A stretch of DNA of 63,849 nt, the filler included, from Olpidium bornovanus S191 (Eukaryota > Fungi > Olpidiomycota): NCBI GenBank assembly GCA_017911155.1. It is 24 parts of 24 records of this genome, joined end to end, with 100 filler letters (N's around TTAATTAATTAA, not from the genome) between each part and the next. Parts side by side here need not be neighbours in the genome. Positions count along the whole stretch, not along the records: positions 33,115 to 34,610 come from JAEFCI010004001.1; positions 34,711 to 36,336 come from JAEFCI010003710.1; positions 36,437 to 38,844 come from JAEFCI010013002.1; positions 38,945 to 41,497 come from JAEFCI010000422.1; positions 41,598 to 42,905 come from JAEFCI010011617.1; positions 43,006 to 45,839 come from JAEFCI010002928.1; positions 45,940 to 50,354 come from JAEFCI010002072.1; 17 more parts are not named here. One strand, written 5' to 3'. Below are positions 34,566-46,940 of the stretch, piece by piece; the first letter of the stretch is position 1, and each line of letters begins with the position of its first letter. The position numbers and the translations under genes are program-made. The notes beneath the pieces were generated by a model. That model did no database searches. It was not told where the DNA came from and saw only the letters and a list, made by a program, of their open reading frames with translations.

Positions 34566-34798
34566 GCGGGGGCGAGGGGGGGGGGGGGGGGGGGGGGGGG
34601 GGCACCGGGGNNNNNNNNNNNNNNNNNNNNNNNNNNNNNNNNNNNNNNNNNNNNTTAATTAATTAANNNNNNNNNNNNNNNNNNNNNNNNNNNNNNNNNN
34701 NNNNNNNNNNCATGAAGACTCACTAAACGCAGTAAGAAGCAAAAATGAAGAAAGCCAAACGCGACACCGGCTTTGTGCTCTCCATAGCGGCCTCTCCA

Positions 34799-34819
34799 TA
34801 ACCCTTACCCTAACCCTAA
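34799..34819. repeat. Short telomere-like tract
   Basis: TAACCC TTACCC TAACCC TAA. Confidence 0.6.
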
Positions 34820-35152
34820 GTTTAAAAGAGGGCTTTTGACGTTTGGCTGTGATTTGTGTTGTGTGCGCAAAATAGTTATTTTACGCATAGTATGCGCACC
34901 GTAGATTAACTTTTTTTTATTTTTTTTTTTATGGAAATCTTGCTCAGACCCGACCGCTCCCAGCCACTTCCCTCTCGCCCCTGTCGAAACAGAAAACCGC
35001 AGAACGAGAAAACTTCCGACAACTGCCGCGCTGTTCCGCTGCTTCCGCCGCTTCACGTTCCACACCTCCTCCTTTCCTTCCGAACGGAGAACCCGACGAT
35101 CGGTCCTGCCACCCGCCGTCCCACCGCCGGGGAACCCGCACGCCTGCCGGAT

Positions 35153-36336
35153 ATGCCCGCCGAAGTCTGCGCCGTCGCCGACGATGGGAGCGCGGTCATC
35201 GCGCGCGGCCTCGACGGGACCGCCGCCGCTACCGCGCAGGAGCCGGTCGCGCCGCTCGTGTCCGCGCGGGAGCTGGCCGACGTTTACGAAGTGGAGAGGA
35301 CCGTCCGCCGTATATGCGACATGAGCTTTACTAAGGTACGGGAACGAGCAGGGAGGGGCGAGGGTGGGGAGGGGGCTGAAAGTGCACTCGCAGCACGGCC
35401 TTGGCAAGGTCCCGTCTGGAGAGCTGAACGCGACCGCGGGCTTCCGCGGAAGCAGGTGGCCCTTCAGTTCCCAGACGATCTCCTGGAACACTCCACGGCC
35501 ATCGCGGCAGAGCTAGAAAAAAGAACGGCTGAGCGCGGCGTGCCCTGCCGGTGCTACGTTCTGGCAGACACGTCTTACGGCAGGTAAGATCAGTCTCGTC
35601 GAGCCGCGGGGCGTACAGCGTTTGCTCCGTTTGACCCCTGTGCCCTTTGCCGACCAAGAAGTGACTGACGATGATATTACCGCGCCTTCGTTATGCTTTT
35701 CTAGCTGCTGCGTCGACGAAGTTGCCGCCGCGCACGTGGACGCCGACTTCGTTGTACACTACGGACGGGCATGTGTGAGCCCGTACGTCCAAGGCTGTCG
35801 TATTGCGCGACCTGGAGGTGTCTTGCTGACAGTACAGGCCGCGTGCGACGTGACATCCCTGCGAACCAAAAATCCAGGTCCCCCCGCCTGCCGGTTCTGT
35901 ACGTGTTTGGCCGAAAACCGGTCGTTGTGGAGCGGGCTGTTACAGCATTTGAAGAGCTCCTTGGCGCACAGCGCGCAAACACCGTTAAAGCCATTGTTAT
36001 GTGCGACGTTGTTTATTATCACTGCATAGGTTTGACGTTTCTCTTTTGTTCGCCCTTTCATTTGCCATTCTTTCGACGCCAGAAGCTGACTTCTTTCACC
36101 TCCGCTCCGCTTAGATGACGTTTGTTCCGCCCTGCGAAACCGGGGGTATACCAACGTCATACCGACGACAGTGCGGACAGAGTGGAACCCGCCGGGAGCA
36201 CTTTGTCCGCCGAAGTCGGACGAGAAACGGAGCGCTGGATGTAGTCGCACGTCGTGCGTGGCTCCTGTCTCAGCATGTAACGGTACTCCGGAAGAGCGCT
36301 CTTTATCATCTGACGACGGGCGCTGCGTCTGCATGA
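35153..36336 (+). CDS. DPH2: Diphthamide biosynthesis protein 2 (3' truncated)
   Basis: [19 protein letters not shown]|[36 protein letters not shown]. This is the Dph2 rather than the Dph1 (DVTYGACC) pattern. Confidence 0.92.
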
Positions 36337-36436
36337 NNNNNNNNNNNNNNNNNNNNNNNNNNNNNNNNNNNNNNNNNNNNTTAATTAATTAANNNNNNNN
36401 NNNNNNNNNNNNNNNNNNNNNNNNNNNNNNNNNNNN

Positions 36437-37270
36437 GCGCTCCCAAGCCTCTCGTTCCTTCTCTCGTTCCCGCTCTCTCTCCCTCTCCCTTTCCGCTTCT
36501 CGTTCCCGTTCTCTGATCCGATAATCTCGCCAGTCATCCTCGCTGGGTTCTTCCATGCCGTAGCGGTCCGGGCCAGGCAGTGGCCGCGGTAACGGCGGAG
36601 GAGGCGGCCGCCGCCCAAACCGGTAATCTCCACCGCGGAACGGCTCGTCCCAGAACGGAGGGGGCCCTGCGTGGCTGGTAACACTCTCGCGACGGGGAAA
36701 GACGTCCCGCGGCGCCCCTGGAAGAGGACCGTTGTGCCCGTGCTGAGAAAACCGCGGTCTGTCTCGGTAAAAATCGCGATCAAACGCGTCCGGCGGGAAC
36801 CTGCCCCGTCGCCAGCGGTTGGAGGGAGTAAACGTGACGCTCATGAGCCATGCAGACACGAGAAACGCGGTTTACAGGACGAACGGCCAGGAAACATACG
36901 GTCCGGCCGGTCCATCCCTCTCCCAGCGCTCTCTCTCACTGCTGCGACGGCGACCCCAGTCGTCCGGACCGTATCGACCAGATCCGAACTCGTTCTGCGG
37001 ATGATACGGAGGCGACATGCCACCCGGGCCGCCGCCACTTCTGAGTCCAGGCGCCTGACCAAGAAAGCGCATGCCTGTTCTTCCAAGCGACCTATAGCGC
37101 GCGTGGAACCGTGCAGGCGGGCCGTGCTTGGGAGCGCGGGGCGGCTGCGCAGCAGCGGTAACAGGAAAAGAAGGATCAGCCGAGCGGCAACGCGGAGCGC
37201 GCTGCATACGACCATTCGACCGTCTATGCGCTCTGCTCCACGCACACGGAGCGTCGAGATATATAATCAT
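36437..37270 (-). CDS. Hypothetical Arg/Pro/Asp-rich protein (fragment)
   Basis: Spliced low-complexity ORFs (FDRDFYRDRPRF...ERERERE). No domain recognised. Confidence 0.4.
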
Positions 37271-38944
37271 AAGGAGTCTGCGTCCCTCTCACCTCCCCGA
37301 ACTGGCTTTCCGGTAATGGCGGGCGCGACTGGTTGCACGCTCCCAAGTGCCTAGCGGACTCCTTGGTAGGCGAGGAGCCGCCGCGGTCCCTGTCGTCGTC
37401 GTTTCTTTCCACAGAGAGCCGTCGCTTCCCGGTAGGTCTAGACGCCTGCCCGACGGGAAGTGACGCGGGGCCCCTCGGTATACCATCTCGACCATGGTCC
37501 GAGCTGCGGAGGCAAAGCGACGTTCAGAGTTCGGGTATTCGCGCGTATACAACTTCTGCCTCGTCAGAAGCAATATCCTACCGGTCTTCCCGTTTCCAAC
37601 CGTACCGGTCCTCGCGTTCGCGGAACCAAGCTCTGCCGACACCGCACGGATTCAAGCAACACAGGCGTTAGTCTGCTTTGTTGCGGGCCAAGGTGCGCAA
37701 CCGCGCGTTTAGCAAACCGGAAAAACGGAGCCGGAGGGCCTCGTCCGCGCGGGCGTTTGGTACGCCGAACAACGCGGAGGTGGCAGGCTCGTCCGCGACC
37801 CGCCCGTCGCCAACAGAAAGCTTACCGCTCGTCGGCAAAGAACTTCCCCCGCGTGCCCGAGCTTTCGGGGTGCGAAAGACCCGGCCCGCGACCCAGAGCG
37901 TGCAGTTTCTGGTCTTGCGGCGAGAACCCGGAAGCGAGGGAAGGCGGCGGTCGCTGCGGCGGCTGCGCGGGCAGCGGCGGAGGCGAACGCGACCTCGCCC
38001 TGAAAGCGGAGTGAGGGGGCGGTCTCGGTTGCGTGGGGCCTGAGGGCTTCGGGTTCTGCAGCTGGGACCGCTGGCGCGCGAACCCCTGCTGGAGCCGCTG
38101 GTGCTGCTGACGCTGCTGCTGGCCCGGCGTCTGGCCTTCGCCCTCGGCGGCGCTCCCGGACGCACGCCAGGCCCCGCCCGGAGCCGCGCCCGCGGCAGCG
38201 GACGACGGCCGCCGGCACTCGGGGGAAGCCTGGGCGGAAGGCGTCGCCGACCGCTGGCGGCACGCCGCGCCCCTCTCCGAGGCTCCTGCCGCGCTCCCTT
38301 CCGCCGAGTCAACCCAGGCGCCCTGTTTCTCGTCCCTTCCCTCCGGCGCTTCCGCCGACTGCGCTGGCGGCGGCGGCGGTGGCGGCGGCGGCGGCGGTGG
38401 CGGCGGCGGCGGGTTCATGGCGCGCCGGGGCGGCGGGCAAGTTGTTTCCCCTCGGGCAGGGCGGGCGGGTCGGCGGCGCGGGCGGCGGCGGCGGCGTGGG
38501 GGGACCTCGGGCGAAGAAGCGGCAGGGGTGCGTTTCAGGCGCGGGCGGGCGAAGGAGCGGCCGGGAGCCGGTGGCTGTCGGAGAGGAGGGCGGGGGACGA
38601 GGAGCGGGAGGAGGAGGAGGAGGAGGACGACGACGACGACGACGACGAAAGCCCGGAGGGCATGGAAACGCGGGAGCGGGGGAAAAGGACCGGAGCGGGG
38701 GAGGCCGGGGTGGGGCGGTGGGCGGGGAGCCGAGCCCCGGCCCGGCGGTGGCGTCCTCCGTCGTCGCTTCGTCCTCTCTCACCTTCCGTCCTCTTCCCCA
38801 CCCCCGGCCCCCGCCTCGCGCGACCCTCCCTCCCACCCACCCACNNNNNNNNNNNNNNNNNNNNNNNNNNNNNNNNNNNNNNNNNNNNTTAATTAATTAA
38901 NNNNNNNNNNNNNNNNNNNNNNNNNNNNNNNNNNNNNNNNNNNN

Positions 38945-39472
38945 CTTGTAGAATTCGACCACTTTGGCCTGCACGGCCCCCTCTCCGACGTCCGTCTCGC
39001 CAAGCGAGGAAATGGTGCTGTCGAACTCCATTTGCACGGCCCCCAACGTCTGGACGAAGACCATGTGCTCCTCCTCTTCTGGCCTAGTGTCCTCGGCCAG
39101 CCGCTGCCTCAACTCCTCCTGCCGAGCCTTGGTTGACGCGGGGTCGATCGGCGCGGGGCCCGCTCCCACGCTGGCGGCGGTGGCCGACGTCCTCTGCCGC
39201 GAAGAGGCGATCCGTCGGTCCCGCATGACCAACTCCTGGAATATGTCGATGGCCGATTGCTGCACGCGCAGGCCCGCCGCCGTCCTTCCTGCGCCGGGCC
39301 GCAGAGACGACTCCGGCGGCTCGTTGTCGCCGGGCGAATGCGGCTCGACGGACTTCAAGGCCGCGAGCGGCGACGGTGTCCGCGTCCGTCCGGTGCGCGT
39401 CCCGCCATCTTCCGGCTCCGGCAACCCGAGGAGGGGCGGGCCGCGCTTCGTTCCGCTGGTGCTCCCCGACAT
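38945..39472 (-). CDS. Hypothetical protein, N-terminal part
   Basis: MSGSTSGTKRG...SAIDIFQELVMRDRR...VFVQTLGAVQMEFDSTISSL, open to the contig end. Confidence 0.5.
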
Positions 39473-41419
39473 TCGAATAGGCGTGACAGTCGTTTTTTTT
39501 TTCTGCTGAGTGAAGTGACCGCGGGGCAGAGTACAATCGACGCGACGCGGCGCGAGGGCCAGTAGAGACGGACGCGACGAGCTGCCTTGGCGACGCCGGC
39601 CATGCGATCGCGGAAGGCGCGGGCGGTTACCTTGGTTCCGACGGCGTGCTGCCGCTGTACGGAAAGCGCCTCGATCGTCGCCCTCCCCTGTTCCTCCTCC
39701 CCCTTCCTTCCCGCCTCGGAAGCCGGGGAATATCCCTGAAAACCGTCCGGTTCGGCGGGTCCATGGCAACCGGAAGTGGGGAAGTCCAGTCCCCTGGTGG
39801 CTGCGCGAATTGGGGGGGGGGAAGAACGAGTTTTTGCCCGCGGTTTTTTTTTTCGTGGGGGCACGACTAGGGACAACACCCCAGGGTTCACAACCCCGTT
39901 GTCTTAACCCTGGGGTGTTCGGACACACACTCCGCGCCCCGCACGGCCTGTCCCCATCCTGTTTCCGTAACACACATGCAGCAGAAAACGGTGCTGCCAA
40001 TTTTGCTCGATTATTAATATTTATATATTTAATATTATATCATACGAAATAGATTGAAAAGGACTGTTTTTTGACGCTGCAGGATTCGAAGGTAAGATCG
40101 ATCGCAAAGTGGGCAATAATTCTCGTCGTCTGCTCACTATATTATCTGTTTGCAAACTTGTAGGATCTTAGTCATGTTTGTATGGAATTGCACGGGAAGT
40201 ACGCGTTCGCGAAATGGCCGATAATTATCTTTTTCAGCATTCTATATTTTCTGTTTGCGAACTTGCAGGATCTCGTTCATGGTTGTATGGAAATTGCATG
40301 GAATGCCAAAATCATGGTATAGCCGTCTGAGTCTGCGTCAGATTCTGCCACCGTTGCTTCCGTCATTTTTTCCTTCGTTGCCGTCATTGCCTGTGCCTAC
40401 ATCTTTTATTTTCTTTTTTTTTTGCCTTGTTTTGCGGCTTCCGGCGTACCAACTGTTTTTTTTTTTCCTTTCTTCCCCCTTCCTTCCGGAATGGCTGCGA
40501 AAGGTCCCGGAAGGAAGGAAAGAGTGGCGGCGAAAGGTGGCGGTTTGCTAGGTGTTTCCGGCTTCACCCTATGATCTAGTATGGGGGACACCGCGAGTAT
40601 GTGGATGCTGACCGGCTCTTGCCAGGATCTGCCTGGAGCTTGGGTTTTGTCCGCGGAACAGCAAGGAAGTAAGAAAGAAAGGAAGGAAGGCGGGCCAACC
40701 TGTTAGTCGTTGTTGTTTGTTCTATGGTCGTGGTGTTTGTTTACAGGACGCTAGTAGGTTTGACTCTCAATTGGTACCGCTCAAACCTAATAATCTTAAT
40801 TATCTAAATGTTGGTTGTTGTGCCCTGGCACCTCCAAGTGGTGTTCACTGCTGCTGTTTGTGTCCCTGGCATCTCCAAAGACGTTGTTTGGGTGGCCGAG
40901 AGATAGAATATTGATTGGTTGATTCTGCATATAGCATCCAATTTTAGGAATTACACAGTAAGCTGCCCGAGTTATACGGCCATCCGCCCAACTTATACTG
41001 TTTACACCGTCTGTCCCACATTGGAAAGGCCAGTTAGTATGGTGCAACCAGCCTAGACGGAAACGCCAGTTAGTATGGTGCAACCAGCCTAGACTCACCA
41101 ATAATTTGCCGGGACGCCAAGTCTATCTGCTCCGTGGAAACATGGGTTACTTGCAATGTTCTCTCCATTTCCTGTAAATCTGAGCATCCCGTACAAGAAA
41201 TGGAAAGCAGATCTTGTATATCTAAATTTTCTGCGAAGCTATAACAAATTGCGGACCATCGACTCGTTTTATATGGGGCCGAGGCAAAATTTATACACGT
41301 GACGTCGTCGCCCCGAATACAACCTCGGACATTTTGTTCGGTGTCCGGGTTAAAATAGTGTCCCCCCATTTCTTCCCGCTCTTCTCTGTTTAGCTCGTTC
41401 CCGCGCGCACCGAAACACT

Positions 41420-41497
41420 AAAACGGAAAGAGAATAAGGCTCTCCGCACAGCACACCACATCTGGTAGCAACGCCTAGCCTCCTGTTCAGCAACAGC
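41420..41497 (+). mobile_element. LTR 3' end plus PBS, same family as 1960-2056
   Basis: 46-bp identity with 2011-2056; the contig breaks one base later. Confidence 0.55.
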
Positions 41498-42542
41498 NNN
41501 NNNNNNNNNNNNNNNNNNNNNNNNNNNNNNNNNNNNNNNNNTTAATTAATTAANNNNNNNNNNNNNNNNNNNNNNNNNNNNNNNNNNNNNNNNNNNNCAT
41601 GCTCGGCGTGCGCCAGCTGCTTTCGGAGGACGATGAGGAAGTCTGCGCTGATATTGAGGAGGGGAGACGCGTGCTTGGGACCGCGAGAATGCTGGAGGAG
41701 CGAAGGGTGGAAACTGGCAGACTAAACACGGGTGCGCCTGGGGCGTCGCAGTTCGGGCCTCGACCAGTCATCGGAAATAGGGACTGGCGTGGCGAGGGGA
41801 GTGAATGTGACGGGCGAAGCGTGCCCATACGGGAGGACTTGGTAATTTGAAGATGTGGTGGAAGATATTATACCGACTTCTCTGCCAACGGTTTCGGAGA
41901 TGTACCCGAAGCTGACCGCGGGCAAATGTTTTACAGGTCGATCCCGAAATTATAATTACCGTCCGGAGACCCAGTAGCCTGGATGACCCCGACGTAACCT
42001 CTGCACAGTCGCCGTGGACTGTCAAGCGGCTCTTCTCGATGTTCTGGGGCAACCGCTCGGCTTCAAGCTGGCGCCAGTTACCAGAGGACGAACGCTTCGG
42101 GCCTACCGCAGGTGGCGACGACCGGCGGCCGTTTCCCGCCGACTCTGCGACGCGGGCTAGTAGTGGCTCGAACGAGGTAGGAGAGAGACTGGTGCTGGGC
42201 TCGGGGTCCCAGTCGCTGGCCGGTATCGATGGCGAGTTGGCGCACACGCGTACTGCCGCACGAATCGGAAGTACCCCTCGGCCTACGAGCGCCGCAGGAA
42301 ATCCCGCCCAGCGGCCCGACAGCCGGGCGTCGGGGAGGGTGTTCGGACGCTCGCCGGCCAGGGGGGGTGCCGCGAGGAAGCAGCCACCGGAGGACATCTT
42401 CGGCGCTCTGTAGGAATCACGCTGCGATTAATCTCATGTTCCGTCCATTTACAGTTGTCGGAGGACCGGGCCCTAGCAAGAAAACTGTTCTGTAGATACA
42501 TTTTACTTAACACTGGCACGCATTGTTTGCTCGCCCTCTTTA

Positions 42543-42896
42543 TTAGAAAAAAAAACCCCTTGTTGGGATCCTGTCAGTGTCATAAGCAGGGAGAAAATTT
42601 AAAGGAAGCGCTAGATAGTGCGTATACATGGCTGGCGGAATGGCGCGCAACACCCAGTATTGCGGTACCAGTACGGGCAGTTGATTTCCGAATATTGCAG
42701 CGCTGTGGAAATTCGTCGAGATTATGGCTTTGTTGCCACCATGCTGGTGCACTATACGCTCCAGCTCTAAGTCAAAATCTTGGTCATGTGTCGGTGTCGG
42801 CAATACATCAGTCACTGCGTCGGGCAGGGAATTGATGCGACCGCTGCTCACTTTAGATCGCACGAACGGCAGGTTACACTCGTGGGGGCACCACAT
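42543..42896 (-). CDS. Possible BRCT-like exon
   Basis: LERIVHQHGG...LPVLVPQYWVLRAI resembles the BRCT l..lv..hGG...v...Wv..ci pattern. Confidence 0.3.
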   Translation of the reverse strand: MWCPHECNLPFVRSKVSSGRINSLPDAVTDVLPTPTHDQDFDLELERIVHQHGGNKAIISTNFHSAAIFGNQLPVLVPQYWVLRAIPPAMYTHYLALPLNFLPAYDTDRIPTRGFFF

Positions 42897-43009
42897 TTTT
42901 GCAGGNNNNNNNNNNNNNNNNNNNNNNNNNNNNNNNNNNNNNNNNNNNNTTAATTAATTAANNNNNNNNNNNNNNNNNNNNNNNNNNNNNNNNNNNNNNN
43001 NNNNNGCAT

Positions 43010-43048
<39 letters not shown>

Positions 43049-43098
43049 CGCGAAGAACCCGCCACCCCTCTTTGCCCCCCGGTTTTCTCGCGCAGAAG

Positions 43099-44838
43099 AT
43101 GGCGCCCTCGTTCGCCGCTCTGCGCCACGCCCCGGAAGACCGGCAACCCGACTACTTTCCGCCCTCCGAAACAACCGCCGGCCCCGAGGCTTCCGCCGGG
43201 GACGAGCTCTTGCCGCCCCGCCCGACGCGGGCCGAGGTCGACGCCTGCGCGTTCTCGTCCTGGCACCGCTCGCACCGCTCCCTGACGCCTTGCGCGGAAA
43301 TCATTCGGCCGCTGCCCAGGGAGTTCGTGGACTACCTGCTCGCCGACGGGATCTTCCTGCCCGGGGAGGCCGGCGATGCGTGAGCACGCCGTCGAGCGAA
43401 GGACGGGACGGACTTTGCGCCGCGCCCCGTTTGCTTTGCCGTTTTTCCGCTGTCCCGCCGCGGGTGCTCCGGTTAACCGGCTCCGTCCCGCTTTTGCTTC
43501 GTTTTTGGCTCTTTTGCAGGCGGTGGGAGTCGGGCTCGGAGGACAGCGGTTATGCCCCTGATGCCGAGGAGGACCAGTCCGTGGTACGCTCTTCTGCGCA
43601 GTGTCCTCTCTCAGGGACATGGCCGGGCGACGGGCACTCGAGTAAAAAAAAAACCTCTTGTCTTCGTTGATATCGTTTAGACGGGCCCCAATTTTCCGGA
43701 ACTGCAAGCGCGGATATCATCCATAATCCAGAAGCTGGGCGGGTCAGTCTTTCCCAAGCTTAACTGGTCATCTCCAAGGGTGCAGTGGCTGTTTCGTTTG
43801 CTTCCAAATGTTACGAACCGGGTCGCCCCCGGCAGCCGTCAGCCTCATATTCTCGTTCCTCCACAGGATGCCTCCTGGATGGCCACCGGCGGCGTCATCA
43901 AGTGTAACACTCCGGCGGATGTTTTTCTTCTGTTGAAGAGCTCTGATTTCATCGTGCACGACCTGTGCCACATGTATGACGCGTGCCGCGGCGACCCGGC
44001 CGAAGAGAAAGACGACGGCGCGACCGAATACGAGCTCGTCCTCAAGAAGTGGTACAACTTCGCGAGCAGCATGGAGTTCAGGTGCTTCGTCAGAGACGGC
44101 TTCCTGGTCGGTGAGTAGTTCTATCTTTGTCTCGATTGTAGCCTTGCCAGAACGACGCGGCCTGGACAAGGTTGTTTTTCCGTCGCTGACGCCACTTGGT
44201 TTTCACTTTGGTCTGGCAGCCGTCTCACAAAGAGACCTGAATTATTACGACTTCCTCATCGACTTGAACCACCGGATTCAGTCCATGATCGTCGACTTTT
44301 TTGAGGAGCACATTTTTGGAAGTTTTCCGAACAAAAATTGTAAGCCGCTCGCTCTGACCTCCGTCCGCGAGCCGTGCGGGCATCCGATTCTCTAATCAGG
44401 TCACCGAATACACGCGCTGCGGGCCGCTTCTGCAGATGTATTTGATGTATACATCACCAGGGACATGACAAGAGTGTGGCTCATCGACTTCAACGTGTTT
44501 TACCACACGACAGACGCGCTGCTGTTCAGCTGGGATGCGATAATGCGATGTAGGCCAGAACTGCTGCCGCGTAACGCCGTTCTTTTGAGAAATTTCGGCT
44601 GAACCTCCGCTCTCAAAACGTGTTTCCAGTGCCGCATGACGGCCTGGATTTCCGATTGATCCGCTCGCAGATGGAAGCCAACCAGTATTCACGGTCCGCA
44701 ATGTCATTTTCGACCAATCGGTACCCCAAGGAGGTGATCGACCTGTCCAACGGCGTCACGCTGGCAGAATTTGCTGCCAACGTTACGAGGGAGATGTCCG
44801 GCCGAGCCGCGGCGGACTCCGACGAGGACGACGCTTGA
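43099..44838 (+). CDS. CDC123: Cdc123/D123 ATP-grasp protein
   Basis: CAFSSWH, IIRPLPREFVDYLLADGIFLP, LGGSVFPKLNWSSP, DASWM, LLLKSSDFIVHDL, YELVLKKWY...MEFRCFV, VSQRDLNYY. Confidence 0.94.
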
Positions 44839-46940
44839 GCATAGCCTTTCCGACAATATTTGGACGTTGCACGCGACTCACTCGGCGTGTTCGGGATGTT
44901 ACATCAGTCTCCAGCTGTGGATTGCTACGTGCGGGTGACCCGTCAAGAACGTGCTCGGTATTCGGAATGCCGCACCTGTTTTCGCACACTGTGAATACCA
45001 AATCCGTCCGTATCCTGGCCCACTGCATATCTGGCTGTACTGCCTGGGTTTTTCTTCTTTGGACCTGACTTGTCGCGTGTCAATCTCCTTCTGTTCATTC
45101 ATCGTATTGTGAACGCTGAAGTATTTTTAGAATCCAATGCGTTTTCGTTTTGTTTTACCTTTGCTGGACCGTACACGGTGATAGTAGGGCAAAGTCGTTT
45201 TGCTTCATGTATGTCCATGGTTCACTAACTGTAGCCAACGTGAACAATCCCATGATTCTTTGTGAAGTACAGCTAGTCGCGTCATGGTTTGCAGGTGTGA
45301 CCCTGTTATGACTCCTGAAATGGAACTGAACCATATATTTTATATAGCGTTCTTGTTTCGTGTGATCTCTCCGCGAAAGCGCGCGCTACCGAGACGGAGA
45401 AAGACGTATCACGTCTGGGATTTGTTACGGGGATCAAAATTTGTACGCGCACTCAACCATTAGCGGTGTTATCACGACGCTTCCCTTCGTTTCTCCGGCG
45501 TTCGCGTATAAGATTGGGATTCCAGCGGATACTACGGGTACGCAGGACATGTAATATTCGTGCGGCTTGTGGAGGGGCTTCCACAGGAGGCAAACGATAT
45601 ATTCATATGTAAAATAGCGAGGTCAACCGGGATTTGATGTGATCTGCCGTAGTATAGCGGATTAGGGGGAGGTTCGGCCGTGAGTCCGGCCGTATGCACT
45701 GTATCTACCAAGGGAATAATAAGCGGAAGGCAGGATAAGTAATAATAATATACCCATCCTCACGGCTCAGGGGGGGGGGGGGGGAGGGGGGTTAAGGGAC
45801 CGCGCCTTAGGGTCATGAGCCGGAGGGAGGGCGGGCCGCNNNNNNNNNNNNNNNNNNNNNNNNNNNNNNNNNNNNNNNNNNNNTTAATTAATTAANNNNN
45901 NNNNNNNNNNNNNNNNNNNNNNNNNNNNNNNNNNNNNNNCATGCACAAGTGCACGTGCCGTGCATAAGACGTGTGCGGACAATACTTCCAATGCGTCCGC
46001 ATACATTTGCGCCGCAATTGCATATGCACTTCTCACGAAGTACACACACGCGTGTCGCAGCAATGCGGCCGCAATCATCAGACACCCTTAGTCGCTCAGA
46101 AGTCAAAGCGCTCTGCAGACGCTTGCCCCCTCGAAGCACCGTTGCAGATGAGCGAATGCGGGGATTCGCCAAACACGGGGGATGCAGGACGCAAAGCGAT
46201 GCACGACTTGCGGCAGAGCGCAGGTTTTTGCGGAATGCGCGATTTGCAGAATTCGCATTGCGCGAGTGCGGGATGCACGGTTTGCGAATGCGCTGGCGGG
46301 CGAAAACGGGTGCGCGAGTGCGCGAAAGCCAATGCGCAAAGTTGATGACGCGATGACGCCGACACCCCGTCAGCACAATCACGACGCGTCAAACAGACGC
46401 CAAAACGATGATATCCGCATCCGCCAACACCAGGGATAAATCCAGCTCCTGAAAAAAAAACATTAGCTTGTTAGTCATAGATGGGAAGCACCGGGGGGGG
46501 GGGGGGGGGGGGGGGGGAGGGGGGGGGGGGGGGGGGCGGGCGGAAAGGGACCGACAAACCGATTTGAAAAAGCGGGTTTAGTAGTAAAATATGATGGGGA
46601 GAAAAGGGCTACTGGTTACAAAGCTGTTTTTTTTCCTTCTTTTTTTCTTTCTTTCTTTTCTTTCTTTCTTTTCTTTTTTTTTGCGAGTCGCGTCGGGGCT
46701 CACAGTTTACGATATCCGAGCAATAACGGGGAGGAAGGAATGGGGGGGAAGTATACAAAACGGTAGAGTGTAATAAGAGAAGACGGCAAAGGGAATGAAG
46801 AAAAGTAAGGAAGCGAAAGTGCCTTCGCGGAGCAGTTGACCAGGAACCAATCCGCGCAACGCGTTTTCGCTATCTTCAAACTCCTGTGGCAAATGGAGAG
46901 TTGGCGATAGCGACCATGGGGAGCGTTGTACCGGCGCTGC

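Noticed and set aside
45640-45712. tRNA or tRNA-derived SINE (TAGTATAGCGGATTAG A-box-like, ends ...ACCA)
   Set aside because: No proper B-box/T-arm, anticodon arm or acceptor-stem pairing.
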